The position numbers and the translations under genes are program-made. A stretch of DNA of 20,000 nt from an uncultured virus (IMG/VR IMGVR_UViG_3300032116_000129) (taxonomy: Duplodnaviria; Heunggongvirae; Uroviricota; Caudoviricetes). Of this stretch, positions 1 through 7,495 are shown in pieces; the first letter of the stretch is position 1, and the number at the start of each line of letters is the position of its first letter. The DNA is taken from IMG/VR virus record IMGVR_UViG_3300032116_000129; one strand, 5' to 3'. The notes under the pieces were generated by a model, which saw nothing but the letters and a program-made list of their open reading frames with translations, searched no databases and had not been told where the DNA came from.

Positions 1-254
1 TTTAATTTATTTTTAGCTTCGACGATTGCAGTTATTAAATGATCTGCTTTATCTTCTCTAGCAAATTTTTCTTTTACTAGAGACTGATATAAGTTTAATT
101 CTTTAGCTAACTCAGTAGATTTAGAAAAATACTTTTTCAATATTGGTAAAGCTTTGGAGTCTGTGTTGTTCATCGTGTCCGACGCTACTTGCCTTACTAA
201 CAACTCAAATAATACTCCTGTATTTTTGTATTTTGAATGCTTTAACGGTTTCAT
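1..254 (-). CDS. Hypothetical phage protein downstream of portal (partial, runs off the window edge)
   Basis: Not in the ORF track. Manual translation from ATG at 254 is stop-free to the edge: MKPLKHSKYKNTGVLFELLVRQVASDTMNNTDSKALPILKKYFSKSTELAKELNLYQSL... It is preceded by an ATATTTAT motif. Confidence 0.85.
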   Translation of the reverse strand, partial: MKPLKHSKYKNTGVLFELLVRQVASDTMNNTDSKALPILKKYFSKSTELAKELNLYQSLVKEKFAREDKADHLITAIVEAKNKL

Positions 255-275
255 TATGTATTTATTTCTTTAATA

Positions 276-283
276 ATAAATAT
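276..283 (-). promoter_or_regulatory. Putative late-promoter motif ATATTTAT
   Basis: Intergenic, 21 nt upstream of ATG 254. The same 8-mer occurs before the portal and the 645-aa gene. Confidence 0.5.
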
Positions 284-298
284 GTAAAATATGATCTT

Positions 299-2173
299 TT
301 AAATTTCTTCTGATAACAAATTATTTTCGTCTAACATGCTCTCGGTTTTAGGAGATTCTAATAGAACTTTTGAATTTACTTTAACCTTTAACTTAGATAA
401 CGAATATTGTTTTTTAAGTGTTTCTGGATCAATGCCTTCTTTAAATCGCTTTGCTGAATTATGATAGTCACGGCTTCCTAGCGGATCCCATCCTCGAGGA
501 TGATCATGAGACTTATACTTCATTACTTCTTTAGGTCGACCGGCACCGGGCCACCCTCCTTCAGGAGCTTCGGCACGATTTTTACCTTGCTCGTCATATT
601 GTTTTTGAAGTTTTAAATCAACTCCTTCAAATGGATTGCCGCCGCCTGCTTCTCCTTCAGCTCCACCTGCTTCTCCTTCTTTACCGCCTTCCTCTTCTTT
701 CTTTTGATTTTTAGGATCGGCTGGGTCTTCACCTTCGTCTTCAATCTTCTTCAATCTCCATCCGTCTTTTGCACTTTGAATCATTTCTTTTTCAATATCT
801 TCAATATCAGCTTCTTGCAAATTGAATATATTTTTATAAATCCAATGTCTAGGCATTAATTTCTTTTCAATCATATCACCTGCAAGAGTTACTTTAGTAG
901 CGTATAAAGCTAACTTCTCTTGCTCGTAAATTACTGAAGGAGAAGTCATCGATAAATCAAAACTAATTAAGTCTGCATTTTCAAAGCCTTGCGCGTATAA
1001 ATGCACAATAGCAATTTTATGTAATTCAGATAATACAATACGCTGAACTCTTTCAATAGTGCGAGCAAAACGAACGTCTTCAGCTGCTAGCGTAGCTTTA
1101 CCTGATAATCCTTCTTCGTATCCTAAAAATGCTTTAGGTACTTTCAACGAAGCCATCATTTTATTACGAAGATATTCAATATCATCGATGCCGGTAAATT
1201 CCATACCACTTAACGTGTCAATTTCAGTGCCAGACTGTCCTCCACGTACAGGAAGGAAATAATCTTCTAACATGTTCTGTAAATTGAATTTTAAATTGTA
1301 TTCTCCAGTTTGTTGATCAACATATGGAGTCTTCTTCATTTGATTAATGATACGCTGCATGTAAGCGTCAACCTCGTTAGGTGGAATGTTTCCTACGTCA
1401 ATTTTAAAAATACGTTTTTCGGGGGCACGCATAATACGATGAATCAACATAGCGTCTTCCATCATAGTTAATTGTTTCCATACTTTACGAGCTCCTTCTA
1501 CAATAGATTTACCGTACGGAAGAAAATTAGAATCTGATAGCAAACGAAAATGAGCTAATTCAAAATTTTCATAAAACACATCTCCTGCTCCTAACTGCTT
1601 GAAGCGTACTGAATAAGGATTACTAAGATCAGTTCCTTCTTCACGTATAATTTCGTATGCAGATAATGGCGTAACGTTTACAATTCCAATTTCTTCTTGT
1701 ATATCTAGTTTTAAATACATATCGCCATATTTGCACATATTACGTACCCATGGCCATAAATTAAATTCAACGTTTAAAACGTCATAAAATAAGTTATGAA
1801 GTATTTTTTTAATGTTTTCGTTGTCTGATCTAATAGTTAATACATCCCCGAAGTCATCTTTCATTACAGTTTCATCAGCATATATATCTAATGTAGACGC
1901 AATAATTGGATCTTGATCCATTATTTCGTAGTCTGTATACAATTCCGTTTTAGATGAAAAGTAATTGTAATTAGGATTATAAGTATTTAAAGCGTGTGGA
2001 CGAACCCCATGTAATCTAGTAAAACGATCTATAAAACGAGAGTTGTGAACGTTACCTGCAGATTGAATGTGGTTGTTATCTATAACACGCAGTTTATCTT
2101 TACCTACGCGACGAATAACGACATTAGTGTTAAATAATTTTTTTAAACGTCCGTATATGGAAGTATCAGCCAT
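299..2173 (-). CDS. Portal protein, T4 gp20-like
   Basis: 624 aa with gp20-family motifs (QLTMMEDAMLIHRIMRAPEKRIFKIDVGNIP, LEDYFLPVRGG...EIDTLSG, DDIEYL, EDVRFARTIERVQ). Adjacent to the terminase. Confidence 0.95.
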   Translation of the reverse strand: MADTSIYGRLKKLFNTNVVIRRVGKDKLRVIDNNHIQSAGNVHNSRFIDRFTRLHGVRPHALNTYNPNYNYFSSKTELYTDYEIMDQDPIIASTLDIYADETVMKDDFGDVLTIRSDNENIKKILHNLFYDVLNVEFNLWPWVRNMCKYGDMYLKLDIQEEIGIVNVTPLSAYEIIREEGTDLSNPYSVRFKQLGAGDVFYENFELAHFRLLSDSNFLPYGKSIVEGARKVWKQLTMMEDAMLIHRIMRAPEKRIFKIDVGNIPPNEVDAYMQRIINQMKKTPYVDQQTGEYNLKFNLQNMLEDYFLPVRGGQSGTEIDTLSGMEFTGIDDIEYLRNKMMASLKVPKAFLGYEEGLSGKATLAAEDVRFARTIERVQRIVLSELHKIAIVHLYAQGFENADLISFDLSMTSPSVIYEQEKLALYATKVTLAGDMIEKKLMPRHWIYKNIFNLQEADIEDIEKEMIQSAKDGWRLKKIEDEGEDPADPKNQKKEEEGGKEGEAGGAEGEAGGGNPFEGVDLKLQKQYDEQGKNRAEAPEGGWPGAGRPKEVMKYKSHDHPRGWDPLGSRDYHNSAKRFKEGIDPETLKKQYSLSKLKVKVNSKVLLESPKTESMLDENNLLSEEI

Positions 2174-2191
2174 AAATTTCTACAATTTAAA

Positions 2192-2199
2192 ATAAATAT
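2192..2199 (-). promoter_or_regulatory. Putative late-promoter motif ATATTTAT
   Basis: In the 32-nt terminase-portal gap, 18 nt upstream of the portal ATG. Confidence 0.5.
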
Positions 2200-2205
2200 C
2201 GAAAT

Positions 2206-3786
2206 TTATAATAACCAAGTTAAATCTTCATCTTGGTTGTTAGCAGTAGGCATTGTCCAGCCAGTTCCTTTAAGATTGCCTGAGTTAGAATTATACATTA
2301 AAGTTTGATTGCCTAAATAATCTAAAGTTTTACGATTTAAATCTAATCCTTGCTGACGAAGCTTTAATGCTGTGTCTCGTATCCATAAACCTGTGCAAAA
2401 CGACATTACTAAATCGTCATTATATCCATGTTGTGCTTCAGCTCTAGATCCATTCCAAATAAACACAAACAATTCATCCATTAATCGACGACTGCGAATA
2501 ACTGGCACTCGCTCTCTCATGTAAGTGTCTAATTTAGATATAACAAGAGGTCGTGTACGAGACGACATTGTAAATCCAGGAGTCATTTGTGAAGTGTCTT
2601 TTAAATCTACATATCTTGCTAATTGTTGAGATACATCAGACACCCCTCCATCTTTAGGAGAATAGTATAAATTTCTGTAATTTCTATCAATAGCTACTTG
2701 AATAGTAGCCCAGCCTATATTAGCATTTTCAATTACTAGTAATGCGTCATTATATTCAGTAGCTACGTTTACTAAAAGATTTCCGTAATCCTTAGTATTT
2801 ATTTGACCTTTATATTCTGCAACTTGAGTAACAGTTTCTACATCAATAACGTGAAATGCTGAATGGTCAGCACCATCACCTCGAGCAACGTCGGCTACTA
2901 TTATATAATCTTTTTGATAGTCTGCAGGTTCCCAAATCCATAAATTACTATCAATACCTCGTTTCTCTATAGGATCTTGCACTGTTGTTTGATTAAACCA
3001 TTGCAATAAAGCTCCGTCAACAACGGTATGACCTGAAGATATAAAATCACAATCACACTCTTGAGCAGCTCCTTTAGGACCTAACAATTCATCTTGTTTA
3101 TCTCTCCAAGATTGATTTCTATCAGGATGCACTGACCAATGCAATCGAATAGTGTTAAATCGATTAGTACCTGACTCAGCCCCTACCCATGTTTTATGAA
3201 AAAAGTTACCAGTACCGTTGGGGGTTGATAATATAATAGCACCTCCTCCAGTTGCTAGAGTTTGTTGTGCTGATATCCAAATTTCTTCTACATTAGAAAT
3301 AAATGCGGCCTCGTCTATGATTAATAGTGATAACGCTTCGGAACGACCTGAGTCGCCTGACGAAGAAGTTGCTTTAATTTGAGATCCGTTATTTAAACGA
3401 AGCGATAATTTATTATCTTCAACTGCCGGCAACTTTAACCAAGAAGGTAAATTTTCATACATCACTTTTACCTTTAACACTAAATTCTTAGCTACTTCTT
3501 GTTTAGTTGCAATAACTAATATATTTTTATCCCCAAAAAATGTCATAAGCCATAGTGCATAGCCTGCACTTAGAGTACTGATGCCTAATTGTCGTGACTT
3601 GAGAATGATGTTATAATCGTGATCTCGAAGGTCTCTGAGGGCCGACTCCTGAAACGGGTAAAGATGAAATGGTATTTTACCTTTTTGTGGGTGTTGTATT
3701 TGACAATACTTTTTCATAAAGTGCACAGGATCCTGTAAACACTTTTTGTATTCTTCACGAATAATATCTTTTAATGACTGTGACAT
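2206..3786 (-). CDS. terL: Terminase large subunit, T4 gp17-like
   Basis: 526 aa. LYPFQ adenine-binding motif, P-loop KSRQLGIST, Walker B LLIIDEAAF, coupling motif STPNG, RNase H-like nuclease acids VADVARG and DDLV. Confidence 0.96.
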   Translation of the reverse strand: MSQSLKDIIREEYKKCLQDPVHFMKKYCQIQHPQKGKIPFHLYPFQESALRDLRDHDYNIILKSRQLGISTLSAGYALWLMTFFGDKNILVIATKQEVAKNLVLKVKVMYENLPSWLKLPAVEDNKLSLRLNNGSQIKATSSSGDSGRSEALSLLIIDEAAFISNVEEIWISAQQTLATGGGAIILSTPNGTGNFFHKTWVGAESGTNRFNTIRLHWSVHPDRNQSWRDKQDELLGPKGAAQECDCDFISSGHTVVDGALLQWFNQTTVQDPIEKRGIDSNLWIWEPADYQKDYIIVADVARGDGADHSAFHVIDVETVTQVAEYKGQINTKDYGNLLVNVATEYNDALLVIENANIGWATIQVAIDRNYRNLYYSPKDGGVSDVSQQLARYVDLKDTSQMTPGFTMSSRTRPLVISKLDTYMRERVPVIRSRRLMDELFVFIWNGSRAEAQHGYNDDLVMSFCTGLWIRDTALKLRQQGLDLNRKTLDYLGNQTLMYNSNSGNLKGTGWTMPTANNQDEDLTWLL

Positions 3787-3789
3787 AAC

Positions 3790-4098
3790 TTAACTAATTT
3801 GTGCTTTTGGGGACGGCTTTGATGTTACCGTATTAACTTTACCTACTCCTGATGTTTTAGCTACAACTGATACATTACCAGCTAATCCTGTAACATTTTG
3901 TCCAATAGCATTTGTACCAGTTGATTCTTGACCAGGTGGTATAATAATTGTTGCTGATTTTATATAAGCGTCAATAGCTTCTGTTAAATCTCGAGACAAC
4001 TCTTCAATTGATTGCTCAGGAGTATTATTTTTAGCGGTAAATAACTTTTTAAATGCAGATTTTATCTGCGATTCCAAAACTGCTTTTATTAACGCCAT
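3790..4098 (-). CDS. Hypothetical protein, possibly a small structural protein
   Basis: 102 aa, tightly packed (3-4 nt gaps). Helical N-half and G/T/V-rich C-half. Function not assignable. Confidence 0.75.
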   Translation of the reverse strand: MALIKAVLESQIKSAFKKLFTAKNNTPEQSIEELSRDLTEAIDAYIKSATIIIPPGQESTGTNAIGQNVTGLAGNVSVVAKTSGVGKVNTVTSKPSPKAQIS

Positions 4099-4102
4099 AC
4101 AT

Positions 4103-4606
4103 TTATTTTTTATCTTTTATCGGACCGCCAGTTACCCAAGCGTCGCAAGTACGAGATCCAGCACACTTAAATTTAAGAAATGTGCAATATCCTAACTTTC
4201 CGGCTTCTATAGTATCCCAAGCGTCTTTTTCTGCTCCTTCAGTATCGTCTAATTCTGGTTCAGTTACTGGAGCGTCTTGCTCTTGCATTTCAGGTTCGGT
4301 GACTGGCACTTCTTCTTCGCCAGACGTAATACCTTTTTCAATACAACTAAGCATTCTAGAAGTAATGTTAAACGCTGCACAATTATTACAACGAGACGAC
4401 TTAGCTTCTTCCATAGAATCTAGTTGCCACTCTTCTGCTTTCTTTTTCCAAAATTTAATGTTTGGATTGTTTGGGTTTAAAGGGCCATAGCCGTATTCAT
4501 CAATAGCTTTTTGACGATGTTCAAGATTAACAGAAATGTCCTGCGTTGCCACAGGACACTTCATTTCTTCTTCAGCTTCTTTTAATAAATTAGCTAATTT
4601 AATCAT
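4103..4606 (-). CDS. Cys-rich putative metal-binding head protein with MIKLxxLLKE leader
   Basis: 167 aa. CNNC...GYC...KC...TCDAW cysteine pattern and leader MIKLANLLKEAEE. Confidence 0.75.
   Translation of the reverse strand: MIKLANLLKEAEEEMKCPVATQDISVNLEHRQKAIDEYGYGPLNPNNPNIKFWKKKAEEWQLDSMEEAKSSRCNNCAAFNITSRMLSCIEKGITSGEEEVPVTEPEMQEQDAPVTEPELDDTEGAEKDAWDTIEAGKLGYCTFLKFKCAGSRTCDAWVTGGPIKDKK
4253..4306 (-). repeat. Duplicated PVTEPE hexapeptide (36-nt period) in an acidic loop
   Basis: 4253-4270 and 4289-4306 both encode PVTEPE with synonymous differences. Confidence 0.8.
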
Positions 4607-4607
4607 A

Positions 4608-5546
4608 TTACTTAACTTTGATTATTGATTCTTTTAACATAGAGTCCATACGTTTATTTACTGACTCTTGTTTAAATGGAGGCATATAATTAAGCTCACC
4701 CGTCTTAGCAATATTTTGCCAATTTTTAGCGTCATCTGTCTGAGGCATTACGTCTCTTTTAGGAGCTCCGTCAACTGGCGTTGAAGTTTTTTGCATTTGT
4801 TGTACATTAGCCCAAATGTAATTAGCTGCTTGCTCTAAATTAGTTCCACTTAAATTATCAGCGTCTTTGTTACTGTTAACTTTAACGACACCAGCTTTAA
4901 CAAAAACTTTCATTACGTCTTTAGTAATAGTTTTTCTTACGTACTCTTTTAAATCAGCCTCAGAGATAGTAATTAAGTTTTTAGATCCTTTTGCAGTAGC
5001 CGTTGGCACTTTACCAATATCAGCAGCTATAGCTAATTGCGTTACCTTTAAAAAATCAACAGGTTTAGACACGGCTTTTGAATCCATATCAGTTACTGCA
5101 ATAGAAGCTTCTTTATTCATTGCATATAACTGAGACCATCTATGATGACCGTCGATAACGTATTGACCTTTAGCAGTTACTATACGTTTACCCGCAATTG
5201 CAACGGTTCCTCCTTTTAAGCATTGCATTGCAGATTTTGGGTTTGTTAATGGAAAACTTAACGATTTATCTAAGGCAATTTCATTTTGAGTAGGCCTTAA
5301 ATCTTGCACAGCAATAGCAGTATCTTTTAACGAGATAATTTCATCGGCAGGCTGACCATCTTCTTTACCTTTATTTAATAAAGCCTGAATTTTTGTATCT
5401 TGTGCATTAGAGCCTAATTGAGCTACAAATTTTTCATACGAACCTGCAGTTACGGTAGCCTTTAAATCTTCAGCTTCGTCTTCTTTAAGAAGTCCAGCTA
5501 ATTTTTGCAATCTAGCAGCTTCAACAATTAAATTATTTTTTTTCAT
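4608..5546 (-). CDS. ParB/sulfiredoxin-like domain protein, putative head-internal
   Basis: 312 aa. LRPTQ and YVIDGHHRW motifs typical of the ParB/Srx fold. Leader RLQKLAGLLKE. Confidence 0.75.
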   Translation of the reverse strand: MKKNNLIVEAARLQKLAGLLKEDEAEDLKATVTAGSYEKFVAQLGSNAQDTKIQALLNKGKEDGQPADEIISLKDTAIAVQDLRPTQNEIALDKSLSFPLTNPKSAMQCLKGGTVAIAGKRIVTAKGQYVIDGHHRWSQLYAMNKEASIAVTDMDSKAVSKPVDFLKVTQLAIAADIGKVPTATAKGSKNLITISEADLKEYVRKTITKDVMKVFVKAGVVKVNSNKDADNLSGTNLEQAANYIWANVQQMQKTSTPVDGAPKRDVMPQTDDAKNWQNIAKTGELNYMPPFKQESVNKRMDSMLKESIIKVK

Positions 5547-5564
5547 TATATTACGTTTAAATAG

Positions 5565-5831
5565 TTACCATGCTCTACAACTCCAATAACGTGCTTTCCA
5601 TCTTGGGCCTGGGTTGTCACAATTATGACGAGCTCGAAAAGATTTTCTTCTTTCAGGATTGTTCTTTTTAATTTTCATTCCTGGTTCTCCAAATCCTACT
5701 TTAACTACATTGCCTTTGTCATTGGTAACGTAAACAGCACGCTTTCTAGGACCTCCAGGAGTATAAAAAGGCTTACCTAATTTTACTTTACGGCCTCTGT
5801 ATTCAGCTTCTTTTATTTTTTCCTCTGAAAC
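5565..5831 (-). CDS. Start-less 88-codon basic Cys/Trp domain, likely a -1 frameshift extension of 5813..6220
   Basis: Manual translation: VSEEKIKEAEYRGRKVKLGKPFYTPGGPRKRAVYVTNDKGNVVKVGFGEPGMKIKKNNPERRKSFRARHNCDNPGPRWKARYWSCRAW*. It fills an otherwise 266-nt gap. There is no ATG/GTG/TTG before the internal Met. Confidence 0.8.
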   Translation of the reverse strand, partial: VSEEKIKEAEYRGRKVKLGKPFYTPGGPRKRAVYVTNDKGNVVKVGFGEPGMKIKKNNPERRKSFRARHNCDNPGPRWKARYWSCRAW

Positions 5832-6220
5832 TTTTTTTTTGATTCCATGTAAAGTTCGGTAGGCGACTCTTTAGGCATTTTTTGCTTTTTATCGTAGTCA
5901 CCCATTTTAATTCCTTTTTGTTGAGACTTTTCTCCAAATGCCATAGTCTCTAAATCTTTTTCCTCTGGCATTTCGGCTACTTCCTCATTCTCAAACCAAC
6001 CAGCTCTCATAGCAGCTTTATTCATAGCCTGAGCTACGTCATCTTGATCTTCATCAGGAAACTTTTCAAAAGCTAGCTCGTAGAAGTCGTCCCATTCATC
6101 TTCATCAACGAGTTTTTCTAGCTTCTTTTTGTTTTTATCAAAGAAGTCTGATATAGCATCATGAAGAGAAAGAACCTTTGGCTCTTCTGCTTCTTTTAAT
6201 AAATCTTTTAATTTAATCAT
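5813..6220 (-). CDS. Acidic hypothetical head protein with MIKLKDLLKE leader
   Basis: 135 aa. ATGA overlap with the upstream gene. Leader nearly identical to that of 4103..4606. Confidence 0.8.
   Translation of the reverse strand: MIKLKDLLKEAEEPKVLSLHDAISDFFDKNKKKLEKLVDEDEWDDFYELAFEKFPDEDQDDVAQAMNKAAMRAGWFENEEVAEMPEEKDLETMAFGEKSQQKGIKMGDYDKKQKMPKESPTELYMESKKKFQRKK
5831..5840 (-). other. Slippery site: A9G run containing in-frame A_AAA_AAG (5831-5837)
   Basis: The coding strand reads TCA AAA AAA AAG TTT. The -1 frame continues GTT TCA GAG GAA... for 88 codons. Confidence 0.6.
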
Positions 6221-6573
6221 TTCTTTAACTTTTTTAAAGTTTCAGTAACTACTCTACGAACTTGTTTACGTACAATATACTCTTGAATTTTATGATCTAA
6301 TAAATCATAAATGTCTTCATCTGGCTCAGTAGCTAATAAACGATGAAAGTTAGCATCTGCTGCTGCTAACACTTGCTCAGCAGCTTTTAACTCTCGGTTA
6401 AGTTTAATTAACTTTGGCTTAATTCTTTCTTTTCTAGTAGGATCTGTTTCAGATAAAAAAGCTTTTTTCATTACCATGATTTGCTTTTCCAATTCCTGTT
6501 TAGTTAACATAGCATTTTGTAATGCGTCTGTTGCCTTTTTAAGTTGTCTAGATACGTTAACGTTTGGTTCCAT
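6217..6573 (-). CDS. Coiled-coil hypothetical protein
   Basis: 118 aa, helical composition, TAATG and ATGA translational coupling at its ends. Confidence 0.75.
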   Translation of the reverse strand: MEPNVNVSRQLKKATDALQNAMLTKQELEKQIMVMKKAFLSETDPTRKERIKPKLIKLNRELKAAEQVLAAADANFHRLLATEPDEDIYDLLDHKIQEYIVRKQVRRVVTETLKKLKK

Positions 6574-6902
6574 TATTTAGATAATTTAGGTTCTGTTCTA
6601 ATTTTTACAATTGCACTTTTATCATGCTTTTTAGCATAGTCAGATACTTTTTTAGATATACCAGTAGCTGAAGGTCCGTTTAAATCGATAATTAATGTAT
6701 TATCTTTTACTGCTGGTTTAAATACAATCTTTAAACTAGCGTATTTAGATTTAAAGTCAGGGGCTTTCATCATGTTATTGATTTCCTGCTCTATAGCGTC
6801 TTTTTTAGGAGATGTAATAATAACTCGTCTCCAAGCTCCTACATCTTCTTTAATTACTTTCGCTATCTCCTGGCGAATCAGCGATCTCAACTCTGTTATC
6901 AT
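6573..6902 (-). CDS. Hypothetical protein with ELRSLIRQEI...IKE leader
   Basis: 109 aa. Its stop overlaps the next start (TAATG). Confidence 0.75.
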   Translation of the reverse strand: MITELRSLIRQEIAKVIKEDVGAWRRVIITSPKKDAIEQEINNMMKAPDFKSKYASLKIVFKPAVKDNTLIIDLNGPSATGISKKVSDYAKKHDKSAIVKIRTEPKLSK

Positions 6903-7482
6903 CTTTTAATTTATTTATAAAGTTCTCTTTAAACGTAGCAAACTCTTTTTCAATTTTATCAGCTAATTCATCAGCGTCAATACCTCCGGCCCATTCTTCA
7001 ACAGTGCCATCTGAATTAGCAAATGCTAATTTGCTTCGTATAGCTTCTACAATTTCTTTTGCTTCTTGCTCAGCGTCTTTTAGCCAAGCTTCGGCATTTC
7101 GCAATTGTATATTTTTAACAAACTCATCATACGTTCCGTTAAGCGTCATTTCGTGTTCAGCTGCAACTTGACAGTCTAAACAGTGCTTGTACAGCTTCCA
7201 CATTTTTTCATGCGCCTTTCCTTTCATTTCTCTACTACACTTTGGGCATACAGCAGGCATTTTCAACGATTGTAAATAATTGCGAAGTGCATTTAATTTA
7301 CCTTTATTGATTTTATACCCTTCTTTCTGTTCCCATTCTACTCCATTTTCGTCTTTCCAAACGTCGCCAACATTACGTTTAATGTTTTGTTTTTCGTAAC
7401 CAAAAGTTTTTTTACTTTGCGATTTATGAGTGCCGTCAAGCATCTTTCGTATCGCTTCTATATTTCGTAACTTATTTGCCAT
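6850..7482 (-). CDS. Zn-ribbon (CPKC...CLDC) hypothetical protein
   Basis: Two CxxC pairs. Start moved to ATG 7482 (MANKLRN, 210 aa), 13 nt after the upstream stop, instead of the overlapping start at 7524. Confidence 0.78.
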   Translation of the reverse strand: MANKLRNIEAIRKMLDGTHKSQSKKTFGYEKQNIKRNVGDVWKDENGVEWEQKEGYKINKGKLNALRNYLQSLKMPAVCPKCSREMKGKAHEKMWKLYKHCLDCQVAAEHEMTLNGTYDEFVKNIQLRNAEAWLKDAEQEAKEIVEAIRSKLAFANSDGTVEEWAGGIDADELADKIEKEFATFKENFINKLKDDNRVEIADSPGDSESN

Positions 7483-7495
7483 ATTAATAATTATC

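Noticed and set aside
2172..2209. Short inverted repeats in intergenic gaps (also 259-282 and 9441-9453) as terminators
   Set aside because: Almost purely AT stems, expected by chance. There is no GC-rich stem with a U-tract.
299..3786. Intein or intron in the terminase or portal
   Set aside because: Both ORFs are continuous, with no splice or homing-endonuclease motifs evident.
6620..6660. AAAAAG runs in the 109-aa gene as a third frameshift site
   Set aside because: Not a proper X_XXY_YYZ heptamer, and the -1 frame after GCT AAA AAG hits TGA almost immediately.
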